Assembly (NCBI RefSeq): GCF_006345805.1
Contig: NC_043004.1
Location: 20,646,001-20,710,000 of the forward strand
Length of the DNA: 64,000 nucleotides
Origin: Octopus sinensis
Lineage: Eukaryota
Direction of reading: 5' to 3'
This document shows, piece by piece, positions 49,972 to 63,623 of the stretch. Each line of letters begins with the position of its first letter. Position 1 is the first letter of the stretch. The notes below the pieces were generated by a model. That model was not told where the DNA came from, did no database searches, and was given only the letters and a program-made list of their open reading frames with translations. The position numbers and the translations under genes are program-made.

Positions 49972-50728
49972 TACTGGGTGGTATCAAAATGTTCCTGGAC
50001 TAGTTATGTTTAATAAAAAATAAGTTATTTATCAGAGTTTTAACATCATCACCTTCAAAATAGTCACCTTGCACAGCAATACACAAGTTCCAACAATCCT
50101 GCTACTTTTGAGAAAGAGATGGTAGTCTGTAGGTGCTAAGTCTGGCTAATGGGGGCAGGTGTGGCAGCAATTCTATGTTACTTTTGGTGAAAAACTCGTG
50201 AGTCAGGAGAGCTCGGTAAAGAATCCACAGATCTGGTCCCTCTCGCCAAATGTCCTCCCTCAAACGCTTTAGAACATTTCCGTAGAATTGTCAATTGATG
50301 GTCTTGATGCACAATACCACATTTCCAGGGGTGATGTTTGTGGCTGGTCTTTCAGATTGCTTATCGTCTTCCGGGTACATTCTTTTGCTTTTGAAGTACT
50401 TGTGCCACTCAAAACATTGCGTACAACTCATTCTCTCATCAGTGTAAGCTTGCCGAAGTATGCTCAATGTCTCTATAGCAGTCTTCCTAAGTTTAACGCA
50501 AAATTTCATGTTGGCTCTTTGGTTCTGTCCAAGACAAAATCACAGACTACAGCATATACATGAGTACAAAAGCATAAATTTCACAATTTGCCAAGTAAAC
50601 ACGGTGATGTCACTTGGCACACTGCCTCATGAAGGTCACTGCTAGCTGTCACTGTCCATTCAACCATTTGCTTCCATTTGTTGGTGTGCTACAGAACTAG
50701 TCTGGGAAAATTTTGATATCACCTCATA
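49972..50728 (-). mobile_element. Internally deleted mariner with ~33-bp TIRs and TA flanks
   Basis: TIRs ctgggtggtatcaaaatgttcctggactagt and actagtctgggaaaattttgatatcacctca; HTH MKFCVKLRKTAIET..CFEWHKYF..DDKQSERP. Confidence 0.88.
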
Positions 50729-50813
50729 TTTTCCATGAAAACATTCCTCTTTTCAATTTCATGTCATTTTTGTTTTCACTCAGCATTCACCATTTAAAAA
50801 TTAAACTTACATT

Positions 50814-50846
<33 letters not shown>

Positions 50847-51429
50847 CAGAGACAGAGAGAGAGGGGGAGTGGGAGTGAGAGGGTGGGAGAGACAGAAATG
50901 TAAATGCATTCTGCATTCAATAATGATACACTTATATTTATGTCCCTGGTCAACACTTGAATTGAAACTATTGTTAAAAAGTCAAAGAGCATCGTACTGA
51001 AATGTCACTGTCTGAATATAGAATAGCAATAGTAAAAATTATGAGATAACACTACAAAAATCACAATGCTTATAAGTTCATAAGCTATCTTATACCTTAG
51101 TATGTCAGCTAAAGTAAAAAGTAAAAGTACTAGAACACATAATGAGTCTTTCTTGGTTTTCATTTATATGTGAAACTTGAAAAATTCATTACATTAGACA
51201 ATTTTTAAGTTGCATTTATTTGAGATAGTGTAGGAAGTTTGTTTCTCCTCCTGGAAAAAAGAAGAGAAATGTTTCCTTGTATTCCTATGGCACTACACAT
51301 TTATATACATACAGGCACAGGCATGGTGGTGTTGTAGGAAGTTTGCTTCTCAAAAACATGATTTTGAGTTCAGCCCCACTGCATGGTACCTTGAGCAAAT
51401 GTTTTCAACTATAGCCTCAAGCAATGACC

Positions 51430-52100
51430 TTGACAGAGAGAGTTGTAATTAGCAATACCTCCTCAGAGACATAGGCAAAGTTGCAGAAAGTGTATGGAGA
51501 GGAGTGTATGAGTGGTTCAGACGTTTCCAAGATGGCCAGAAAAATGTCGATATTCATGAACGTTCTGGGAGACCCACAACCAACAGAACTGAGAAAACAT
51601 CACTGATGTGCATGCAGCTATGATGGGAAATCGTCAAGTCAGCATCCGGGAATTATCAAAGGAGGTTCAGATTAGTTACGGTTCAGTTCAGTCCATTATC
51701 ACTGAAGATTAAGTATGAGAGGTATGTCTGGCAAGTTTGTGCCAAAACTACTTTCAGCTGACCAAAAAGACAATCAGGTTTCAGTTGCACAAAGTCTTCT
51801 TGATAGTGTCGAGAATGATGAAAACTGTTTGAAAACTTTGCATAGGCCTCTGAGCAAGTATTGCCAAGCTTTTCGCAAAATTTGATGCAGATCCTCTGCT
51901 CAACATGGTCGATGCGATGATCACATGTAACACACCTTCCTTCCAAGCACTGCTGTAAACAACAGAAGTGAGCTAGAACATTGAAACTTTGTGTGCATAC
52001 ACAGCAGATTTCAAGGTTAATTTGTGCTGAGCAACTTCCCTCAGCATGCTTTGACCACATATGTATGTGTGATCTAGCTGACCACTCAGTTCTGTCTGCC
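51430..52100 (+). mobile_element. Rearranged mariner remnant
   Basis: Plus strand: QKVYGE..EWFRRFQDG..ERSGRP..RELSKEVQISYGSVQSII..KFVPKLLS. Minus strand: EQRICIKFCEKLG at ~51840-51910. Confidence 0.85.
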
Positions 52101-52394
52101 ATTAGACATCTTAGACATTATCCAATGTGTTGCTTTTCTTTTTAGCATGTTTGGAAATAATTTCAGGTAGATTTCATTTCTATTTTTAACATGGTCAATA
52201 ACCATAAATAAGTTCTAACATTGCTTTATCTGTGTTTAACCAATGAGTCCTGGTTTTTAACATGATATAATGTAATTTCAGAGCTATGTGGTTGCTATTT
52301 CTAGCAAGTTAATCACAATGTAGATGCCCCTTTTTGGCTTCAAGAACAACCTGTTATCATCATTGTTGGTACTGGTGGTGGAAATATTATTCAG

Positions 52395-52590
52395 GTACAA
52401 GGCCAGAAGTGTTGAGGTGAGGAGTTAGTCAATACCATTGACTCCAATCCTAGACAGGTACTTTATTTTATTGGTCTTGAAAGGTTGAAAGGTAAAGTTT
52501 ACCTTGTTGGAATTTGAACTCAGAATGTAAAGAACCAAAACAGATACTGCAAAGCAATTTTTCTGACACTCTAGTGAGACTGCCAGCTCA
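52395..52590 (-). mobile_element. SINE family A, diverged
   Basis: ggaatttgaactcagaatg..gactgccagctcac. Confidence 0.75.
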
Positions 52591-53169
52591 CATTATCACT
52601 AATGATAATGACGGCAGCAATTATTATCATTAACATACCACATGCCTTCTCCACTACCTCCACTATAAACTTGAATGCGATCATGCTGAGTGTGGTGGTG
52701 TTTATTAGCATGGTAGTTAGTGTGAATAGAATTATGATGATTATTAACGTAATGAAAAAGAATCCTTAGTAAGCTCCTCCTGCTACTACTGATAATGATG
52801 AAGTGACAATGATGATAATATGGTGGTGACAGTGATGATGGTGATCATGATGATGATTTGAACATTATTGTACATTATCATTGTTGTGATGATAATTTTA
52901 ACAGTAGTAATGATAATGATCCTCATCTCATTCCTGCCCTCTTTATCACCATCTTACGTCTCGTCATCAACATTGTTAGCATTATCATCAGTATTATTAT
53001 GATCACCATCATCATTAATACCACCATTTTCATCGCAATCACCACCACTATCGTTATCATGAAGGATGATAACCATTAGCATCATGACATTTTGAAGGTT
53101 GACTTTAGACAGAACACTTCAATACCTTCATAATCCTGTGCTGAGTGGTTAAGTTTACTTATGTTGTAT

Positions 53170-53948
53170 GTAATGAATCACATAGTGAGTTAATTACAGT
53201 CCAATATTGTGATAGAATATACTACATATCACTATGTATTGCAGCTCAACATTTCGATATTGTAGATGAAGTGTCACTCTGTGTGTTCCAATCCAACATT
53301 GTGACACTGTAGGTAATATGTCACACTGTGTTACGGCTAAGAATTGTGATACTAGAAGTAACAGCACACTGTGTTATATCTTTTAGCTTTTACTTGTTTC
53401 AGACTGCAGCCATGCTTGGGCATGAGCTTGAAATGTTTAGTTGAAAGAACTGACCCCAGTACTTACTTTTTTAAGCCTGGTATTTATTCTTTTCATTGCT
53501 TTTCCCTGAATTGCCAAGTTAAGGGGACATAAATAAACAAACACCAGTTGTCAAGCAGTGGCTGGAGACAAACACGAACATACAAATTCACACACACATA
53601 CATACATACATACACACATACATACATATATAGCCTCAGGTCAACCAAAGCCTTGTGAGTGGATTTGGTAGACGGAAACTGAAAGAGGCCCGTTGTATAT
53701 ATGTATATATAAATGTGTGTGTGTATGTGTTTCCTTTGTGTCTGTGGGGTCCCCCTAACATCGCTTGACAATCGATGCTTGTGTGTTTACATTCCCGTAA
53801 CTTAGCATTTTGGCAAAATAGACCAATAGAATAAGTACTCGGCTTACAAAGAATAAGTGCTGGGGTCGATTTGCTCAACTAAAGGCGGTGCTCCAGCATG
53901 GCCACAGTTACATACACATATATGTATGTATGCATACATACATATTTG

Positions 53949-53988
<40 letters not shown>

Positions 53989-54600
53989 AGTGTATGTAAC
54001 TACATGTGGACTGTTGGCAATTTTTTCCTGCCTTCTTCCTTTTCCATTGGACTTTCCTATGTCTTCGCTTTCTGAAGAAGAGCTTTGCTCAAAATATAAA
54101 ACAACCACTCTTTTTCCCTACTCTGAGCACCTTATTTATATTGTTGCATTGTTGCTTTTTTCTTGTCTTTTTTCTCCAATCTTTTTATTAATTGGTATAT
54201 AATACAGTACACATTGATTACTGCATACACACACACACACACACATACACACACACATACACACGATGGACTTCCTTCAGTCTGCATCTACCAAATCCAC
54301 AAGGCTTTGATCAGACTGGTGCTATAGTAGGAGTTACTGTGCTGTGGGACTGAACTGGAAGCCATGTGGTTGGGAAGCAAGCCTATTACTACACACCCAT
54401 ACTGCACCTATACTTCAGCATAGTGATTCTGTAAGCAACATGTCACAACACAACATAATAATTCTGCAGGCAAAATGGCACACTGTGTTACAGTCCATCA
54501 TTGTGTTTCTAAAGGTATATCATACTGTGTAATAGATTAACTCTAAGTAGTATGTCAAACTGATAACACAGCTCAACATTGTGATACTCATCTGAATGAT
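53170..54600 (+). repeat. Degenerate ~45-bp minisatellite (cacactgtgttacagtccaacattgtgatact..tatgt) split by a SINE cluster
   Basis: Units at ~53230, 53275, 53322, 53365 and again at ~54480-54590. Confidence 0.65.
53385..54410. mobile_element. Nested SINE B cluster: minus tail 53385-53600, plus copy 53630-53910, minus head 54262-54410
   Basis: Matches to family B in both orientations. Confidence 0.82.
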
Positions 54601-54627
54601 CCTAGTAAAGAGAATAATTTTAATGAA

Positions 54628-55332
54628 TGCATTGTGGAAAGTGTTTATAAGCCATTTAAGAAACACACAAAAACCTTTGGATCTTTTCGGTTTGAACTGC
54701 AGTTTTTTAATGATTTCCACGTAAGTAAACACTTTTAAACTTCGTATACTGGTAGAATGTGTTTATAAAACATCTTTTTCTCTTGGCTTTCTTGAGAAAA
54801 TTCTATAGTTTGTAAGATATTTGTTATTTCTTTTCTTCAATTTCTGAAATTTCAACCAATCATTGACGTCTATTGAGGTGAAAACATTCTGTGCCGTATG
54901 GATATGTCCCTCATTTAAGAAACAGATTGGGTTTATTTACATTTCTGAAGAAAAAAGATACCCTTCCCCCCACCCCTAACTCTATCTAACCCTAACCCTA
55001 AAACAGATTGAAATGCAATAGATTGATACTAGGGTCATAATTATGGATGACAATTTCATATGACACCGCTAGAAAAAACTGCCGTTCAAACCAAAAAGAT
55101 CCAAACCTTTAGATTCATTTCAACATTTAAATTTAATTTGTCAAAATATTTTCATCACTTTGAGACCACAACCTGTTCACTGAAAAATTCCATGCTACAT
55201 CACTTTTGTCAGTGAACAGGTCATGGTCTCAAAGCAACGAAAATATTTTGACAAATTAAATTTAAATGTTGAAGTGAATCTAACGGTTTTTGTGTGTTTC
55301 TTAAATGGCTTATAAACACCTTCCACACTGCA
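54628..55332. mobile_element. Foldback MITE with ~130-bp arms, interrupted by a second MITE
   Basis: The left arm (54628-54678 plus 55111-55190) is the reverse complement of 55200-55332. Confidence 0.9.
54679..55102. mobile_element. MITE with GG-initiated ~29-bp TIRs and a perfect 8-bp TSD (Merlin-like)
   Basis: TIR GGATCTTTTCGGTTTGAACTGCAGTTTTT / AAAAACTGCCGTTCAAACCAAAAAGATCC; TSD AAACCTTT on both sides. Confidence 0.88.
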
Positions 55333-56900
55333 ATTGTTTTTGTTCCAGCACACAATCTCAGATCAAGTCACTCGCTATGCAAGTACATATCAGTAATTGT
55401 AATAGTTTCTGATTTAGACCAGCAATTTTGAAGCAAGTGGATAGACAATATCTTCACCTCCAGTACACTATTATATCAACCCCAAATGAAAGGAAATGTT
55501 GACTTTGGTGGGATTCGAATCCAGAAGATAAAGTATTTGGAGAAAAATACCACAAAGCATGTTGTTCAACACTCCTTCTATTCTTCCACCCCACCACCAC
55601 CACCACTACTTGAGCATGCCCATTAGCCACTGACAGTATATGCATTGCTGATCATGTGCAGAAGCAGTTGGGGAGCATCACAGTCATGTGTTGAGAGGGA
55701 TTCTATGGGATTTGAATAACGAACCCCTGGAAACATGGGTGTTTTGTTCATTGTCCTTAAACAACCTTCATTCAAGGACCATTTGAACAGGATGGGCTAT
55801 TCAACCTGAACACAAATTCTAACTTGGCTTCACCTGCAAGTCATCCGCTGTTTGTCTTGATATGAGGTCACCATGTTGTGCACATATTGTTATGATGCAT
55901 GTACCTGATACACTCTTATCAGACAGTCTGTCATGATGAGTATATTGAGCTTCATATATTTGTAACCCAGTATCACTTTCATAGTATATGCTGCTTAATA
56001 ATAGTAATATAGAAGTATTGAAATTCTATTGTACTCTCCATTCAAATAAGACCAACAAAAACAATCAAAGTTTTGCTTGTGACTAGTTCAAAAAGAAAAT
56101 ATATATATAACAACATTTAACTACCTGCCAAAGTATATTTGCATATTCTGCTCCAGAGTTGTGTGCAAAAATCACTATCATGTTGAAGAATGTTGTATTA
56201 TTTTATTACCATTTTATTTATTTGTCTGTTCATATTTTCTTTTGTTTGCTGCTATTCCATATTTTTACTAGAATTTTGTTTGCGCTTGTTGATGGTTCTA
56301 TGTTAGATTCCATTACATTAACGCTTTACAAACATCTGCAAATTTAAGTGAGTATCTGAATTGAGAAAAATGCTGCAGTCATTGAAACTGTTGCAAGCCA
56401 TGCCCAGAATACCAATTAATCATCATAGCTCAAACAAATCATAAACACATAAAAGTTAGTGAAACTATCGAATGAAAGCGGATAATGACAATTTAAAGAG
56501 AATAATAATGAAATAATAGAATTCATGAATTCAGGGAAAATAGCTTGAATGAATTAATGATTGAATAGTCTATTGGACTGGTATTAGTTTTCACAGAAAC
56601 CTAAATATGATGACTAGAGAAGTAACACAGAAAGACAAGTGTTGGACTAGCTGCTATAGAGTACCTTGTTTTACTTACTGATATTGTTTAATTATTTTCT
56701 CATTCAAGTCAACATCGTTTTACCATCACTTCTCACAATGGAATTCATAATATATTTATACCAAAATTCAATAAAATCAAGTTTGTGTTACTTACATTAT
56801 ACAATTTGAAGAAAATGTCAGTTTACTGAATTTTCACCTGACTTCATTTCAACTTTTATTTCTCCAGGTGGTATTGGTATAGGAATGGATTTTATTGCAT

Positions 56901-57283
56901 ACTAGCAGTATCGCCGGCGTTGCTCAGGTTTGTAAGGGAAATAACTATAAAGCATTTTAGAGAGTTATAGCCAAAAAATAGCCAAAAAATGGAAAAAAAT
57001 GATGGTAAATTTTTTTTTGAGAGTAATAAAAGGTTGAGTTGCGTCCCCTAGACAGTCTGTGGTTTGTTTTTTTTATTCTCGACCCCATGTCGAATGTATC
57101 GATTTTTTTCAGAACTGGGGGAACTTTTCAAAATTTTCGCTGCGTTAGTTTTGAATTATGACATTGGGCTATGTGTGTGTCAAGTTTCATCAGAATCGGT
57201 TGAAAGCCGTGGTCAGGGTGAGGGTACGAGAAAACAGACACACAGAAACACGCACAGACAAACTGCCGTTTATATAGAGAGAG
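56901..57283 (+). mobile_element. Non-autonomous Helentron/HINE (DINE-1-like) element
   Basis: 5' actagcagtatcgccggcgttgc, 3' aaactgccgtttatatagagagat, short sub-terminal inverted repeat and (CA)-rich tract near the 3' end. Confidence 0.72.
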
Positions 57284-58046
57284 ATAAATTAATTGATTAT
57301 CTCTCTCTCCCTCTCTCTGCCTACCTTTCTATCTAAGCACACACACACACACACACACACATGCACATTTTTCTGGTACTGCAAACAATTTAAGGAATTT
57401 CATGCAAAGAAGCTGTCAGTAGTTGCCAGTGACAACATCAGCTGATCACATTAAATTGTATTATATATGCATATGTCATAGTCACCATCGTAACCTTCCT
57501 CGTCATCAATCATCATTATCATTAGTCTATTTTCCATGCTTAAATTGGTCAAATGAAATTCATTAAAGCAGGTTTTCTACTACTGGAAGCTTTTCTTGTT
57601 GACAAAACTCACCTGTTTCCAAACAAGTTAATACTTCCTCATAACTGAGATATGAACCAAATGACACTGCTTGTATGACAATGATGCTCATTTACAACTA
57701 ATGTAGACTGTCAAGGTAAGGAGACACAAACACAAACACACCCACACATCTACACACACACACTCACGCAGGCATGCACATAAACACACATACATCAAAA
57801 CAGGATAATGGAAACATTTTTTTGTATTTTTTATTCACCATTACATTGTATATGTAATAGAAAACATGATGTCATCGAACAGAAATTCTTCAGACAGAGA
57901 ATCAAATGATACATGCATATCTCACCCAAATATTACAAATTTTGGAATACTGAATAGGTAAATGTGCCTCAAGTGGACACAGCCTGGATTTTCATCCTAT
58001 TTGTATAATATTTACATATGTGTTTCTGTTTGTAACATATGCACAC

Positions 58047-58506
<460 letters not shown>

Positions 58507-59349
58507 ATGATATATGATATACATGTCTTTCATCTCTTATGTTCCTGCTGCAAGGCTTCACTTCCACACACGCCAGCTTAATTTAATTCATCCTTAGTCG
58601 AAAGACACCTGTTGTTAATATCCTGTAGTTTGTATTTGTAATTGTGTACTATTTCTCTGTTTTTTTTTGTCCTTGTTTCCTTGTTTCACTTGCTTTCTTC
58701 CAAAGAATCTAGTGCTCTTAGCTTAGATTTTCTTGGGGCTGTCCAGATTGGAGCAGTCTCAAGTGTAACAGGCCAAAACTGCAACAACGAACTGGAACTC
58801 GACCGATGATAAAAAGCTCCGAATTTTGGTCTTACTTATGTATATATGTATCTAGTTATGTGACCTAGAGGTCTGATTCTTGGGGCAAATAGCATATTGT
58901 ATCCTTCAGCAAGGAACTTCATTTCACATTACTCCAGTTTACTCAGCTGACAATGAGTGCCAGCCAAGTGCTAGCGCAGCCCTCTTTCCTCAAATGTCAC
59001 AAGCTCTATGTTCTACATCTCAAAGGTGTGAAGGCCAAAAGATTATCTGTGTCCATTCACAATTTCCTTACTAATAGTTACAAGAAAATTAGTCAAAATA
59101 TAGTACATATTACCAAGTTATTATATTTACTTGCAAGTAGCAGCTATGAATTGTGTTTGTGTGTGTGAGATTTAACAGTCACCAAAGAGGCCAGGGTTGG
59201 GCTGCATTGACAAGACTTATATTATGTAGTAAAATCAATAAAGGAGTTATAGGGAGCCCAGCCATCCAGCCAACCAGCCATCAAAACATACATACAAACA
59301 TATACATACATACACACATACATATATGCATGCATGCATACGTTCATAG

Positions 59350-59740
59350 ACGTAGAAGTGGTTGTGTGGTAAGTAGCTTGCTTATGAACCACATGGCTCC
59401 GGGTTCAGTCCCACTGTGTGGCACCTTGGGCAAGTGTCTTTTACCATAGCCTCGTGCTGACCAAAGCCTTGTGAGTGGATTTGGTAGACGGAAACTGAAA
59501 GAAGACCGTCGTATATATGTATGTGTGTATATGTTTGTGTGTCTGTGTTTTTCCTCACCCAACATCACTTGACAACCGATGCTGGTGTGTTTACATCCCC
59601 GTAACTTAGTAGTTTGGCAAAAGGGACTGATAGAATAAGTAGTAGGCTTACAAAGAATAAGTCCTGGGGTCGATTTGCTCAACTAAAGGCAGTGCTCCAG
59701 CATGGCCACAGTCAAATGACTGAAACAAGTAAAAGAGAGT
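59350..59740 (+). mobile_element. SINE family B, full length
   Basis: Near-consensus sequence. Confidence 0.93.
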
Positions 59741-62118
59741 ACATACATGTATACATACATACATGCATGCATACATACAAGTACTATTTGAAGCATTTGC
59801 TAAAAAGGAAGACAAATTAGATACATATAGCATAGAGGAGAACTGAAAGACCCCCCTCTCCTTCCATGAGACAATCTACTAAGGGCTACAAACGAAATCT
59901 GAAAGTACCAGCCAGACCAAGGGTGATATATGCCAGAGGAACAATGAGGTAGACAGAGCCTTAAAAGCAAAGAAACAGGCATAGAAAGATAGGAAACGGG
60001 GAACTATGTCTGTATGTATGTATGTGTATGCATGCATGTATGCATGTGTGTATGTAAGTGTGTGTGTGTATGTATGTGTGTATGTGTGTATGTATGTGTG
60101 TGTGTGTATGTATGTTTGTATGTTCAATAGTATGTTTGCATGTGTATAATATATATGCACTATGTATGTATAATGATACATACATATATACATATGTACA
60201 TACATTTGTATGTATGTATGTATGTAAGTATGTATGTATCTATGCAGGTAGGTAGGTAGGTAGGTAGTTGTTGTGTATATGTGTACATATCAGTTAACAG
60301 TGTTGTATTTGGCTGAAGCATCTTGCTGTTATTCATGTGATTGTAAGATTATTATGATGACAACAAGAATATATCACTGCTATTGCTGATATAATGATGA
60401 TGATAATGATAAGGACAGTGATGACATTTACTCCCTGCTCTTGATTCTGTTTTACATCTAATAGCTCTTTGGGGTTTTTGTTTTCCTCTTGAATCAATAA
60501 GGAATCTTAAGGCAGGAAGATCTTATGGAATTTATTACCCACATGATAGTTGAATCTAATGGGATTTAAATTCTTAAACTCTTGTTTAATTACTTTCATT
60601 TTGTCTAACCAGAGGAAAAAGACGTGAAAGAGGAGGTTTCTGTGGTATTTTTAGACTTTGTCTGACTGGGGATACTGAGGCCTTTGAGAGGGTGGAGTAG
60701 AGAATATAGTGTACTAGGGGACTGTCCTGGGATTTCAGACACAAAACTTTTTTGCACCATAGACCAGTTTCATGCAAGAAAATGTTTTTGCAGACCAAGG
60801 GAGCAAGCACATAGCAAAACACAAAATAGGGCATGATATATAATTTTATTATTGCATCTACAATGCAAATTTCAGTAGTCAATAAAATAGAAATAAAATT
60901 CAAAAATTCATTCTTTTTATGTAGCCTGGTACCAAATGATCCACAGCTCTATACTCGTCCATGACCTCATTGCTGAGGAACCTTGCTGTAAAGGAATATG
61001 TGAACAAATGTTCTAAAATTTATCTGAGAGACCCAGGGTTAGATTGATGTAGTTAACGTTTAGTTTGAACTGTTTTAGGTTGACATCTATTGGGAAAATG
61101 TGAGTGGTAGCTAGGTTGGGAATTCCAGAAGATTACATTTGTAGGGAATAAGGACTAGGTGATGCAGTTTGTGCAAAGTTTTAAGGAAAAGGTGAAGTAC
61201 AGTAAAAGTGATGGAATCAGAGGAAATGTATTTTTGGTGACTTTACATGGAGAGATTCTGCTAGCCAGTTCATTGTTAGCAATTGTTTATAGTAATAGCA
61301 ACAACAGCAGTATAATAGGGTGGTGGTGGTGGTGGTGGTGGTGGTGGTGGTGGTTTTGGTGATGGTTGCTGCCATTGCTGTGATTTGTAATAGGAGGAAC
61401 AGAGAGAAGAGACACAAAAGTGTAAATCTGTGTAATAACAACTGAATAAGATATATACTGATATTGTTCAAAACGATTTTTTATAGCTATGCATACAGAC
61501 AGAAATTGGTTGAGGAAAGGAACAAAGAATTATATTGACTCCAGCTGATATAATTGCTACTATTTTATTTTATCAATCTTGGTAGACAAAAAAAGACATA
61601 ATTGGACTTCAGTACGAATTGAATTCAAAATGCAGAGACATAATGATTGCTTTTTTATGAGAAATATGCACTCATAGATAATATGAAACAAAAAAACATG
61701 GGTAAGGAATTTTAAGAAAATTATCTTTTTTGTATAATACACAAAGACATCTTTTAGTATTATAATATATAGATAAATGAATGTTTAGTCAGATTTATTA
61801 TAATTGCTCTATAAACGATGAAAATGTTAACACATTCATCTGCATGGTTGTCTGGTAATAAGTTTTGCTTCCCAACCACATGGTGCTGGGTTCAGCTCCA
61901 TTGTGTGGCACCTTAGATAAGTGTCTTCTGCTATAGCTCCAGACCAACCAAAGTACTGGGGTTAATTTGTTTAACTAAAACTCTTCAAGATGATGCTTTT
62001 GCATGGCCACAGTCCAGTGACTGAGACAAGTGAAGGATGAAATATCTTGGATGTATCCTAAGAAAAAAGTAAATTTATAAACTGACTTTTTGACTCAATC
62101 AGTCTAGGTCGTAAAAAT

Positions 62119-63590
62119 ATGTGAGGGTCGGCTGAAAATTTCATAGGCTGACCAAGATGCTCTTGTAAAATGTAACCAAATGAGGTTTAGCTTTCAGCAT
62201 AGTCTCCCTTGTGGTTCACACATTTCTTTCATTGGTGTTGCAGTGACTGGATCCCACTGGTGAAGAAGCCTTCATCGTATTGGTCAAAAAGTTAACAGCT
62301 GATATGATGTCATCATCACTGAGGCACTACTTCCTAGCAAAATGTTTTTTCCTGTAGGAGAACAGATGATAATCAGATGGGACCAAATTAGGAGAATAGG
62401 GAGGGGGTGATCACCCAATTCAAGGTCACAGTCATGCACAGAAGCCATTGAACACAAGGTGTTGTGTGTTAGAGTATTGTCCTGATGAAACAAGATCCCT
62501 TTCACCAGTTTTGGCATTTCGTCTTGATATCCTTTCATAACTGCCTCAGTACAATAGCATAGTACTCTCCATTGATGGTGTGGCCCTTTTGAAGATAGTT
62601 ATTAAAAACAATTAAAAATTGAGGCCATCAATTTCCCTGCAGATGAAACAATGTTGGCCTTCTTTGGAGCAGTTGAGGTGGGATGTTTCCACTGCATGGA
62701 TTGTTTCTTTGTCTCTGACTCAGTGATGAACCCAATACTCATCCTGGGTTAGGAAACATTCAATGAAACAGCTGGATCTACCTCAAACAATGTCAGATTT
62801 CGCAATGATGTAATCAACTTGATGTACTTTTATCAGGTATCAGAAGATATAGCGCTCACAGAGCAGAAACCTTTAGTCGTACCAAGTCCCTTGTGCAGAA
62901 AATAGTGAGCTGGCAGAAACATGAGCACGCCGGGCAAAAGGCTAAGCGGTATTTTGTCTGCCACTACATTCTGAGTTCAAATTCTGCCGTGGTAGACTTT
63001 GCCTTTCATCCTTCTGGGGTTGATAAATTAAGTATCAGTTACGCACTGGGGTTGATATAATCGGCCTAATCCATTTGTCTGTCCTTGTTTGTCCCCTCTG
63101 CGTGTTTGTCCCTTTGTGGGCAGTAAAAAAATAAGAATATTCTCATCTCTCTCACAGCATATTGATTATTTGCTTGTCATCCATACCATGTGATGAACTC
63201 AATCAATGTTTCTTTGGTGGTGGCAGTTGAAGGACATCCAGTCTTTGGGTCATCTTCATAGCTCCATCTTTCCTTCCTAAATTCAACTGACCACTTTTGT
63301 ACTGTTGATAAAGCTGGAGTGTCATCCCTAATGTAGCTAGCATCTCAGCATGATTGTCTTTGAGGGCTAAACCTTTTCTTTGCAGGTGAACACCACAATG
63401 CCAAATTTTGTCCATTTTCAGGAGAAAATGGACAGAAAAATATAGAATGGCTGCAATGCCTTTTGACACAAGTTGGCTTATTTGATCAGAGCTGACCTGG
63501 GAACTATACATCAAATACAGCTGGATTTGAACTCAGATTACTGAATTCATCAAAATAGACACTATGAATAATGTCTAGTCTAGCTAAGCT
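62119..63590 (-). mobile_element. Hsmar2-like mariner fossil, interrupted by SINE A (62905-63135)
   Basis: MDKIWHCGV..RKGLALKD; RFLTQDEYWVH; KGILFHQDN..DHP. TIR gagggtcggctgaaaatttcataggctgac at 62123. Other end approximate. Confidence 0.85.
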
Positions 63591-63623
63591 ATCTCACCAA
63601 TAATATATATATACATATATATA

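Noticed and set aside
56100-56350. KYICIF..FAAIPYF GPCR-like frame and YSAPEL kinase-like motif
   Set aside because: Mutually exclusive frames with short matches expected by chance in AT-rich DNA.
58795-58840. Hammerhead-like gaccgatga..ccgaattttggtc
   Set aside because: Both core boxes deviate and no helix III or cleavage triplet can be assigned.
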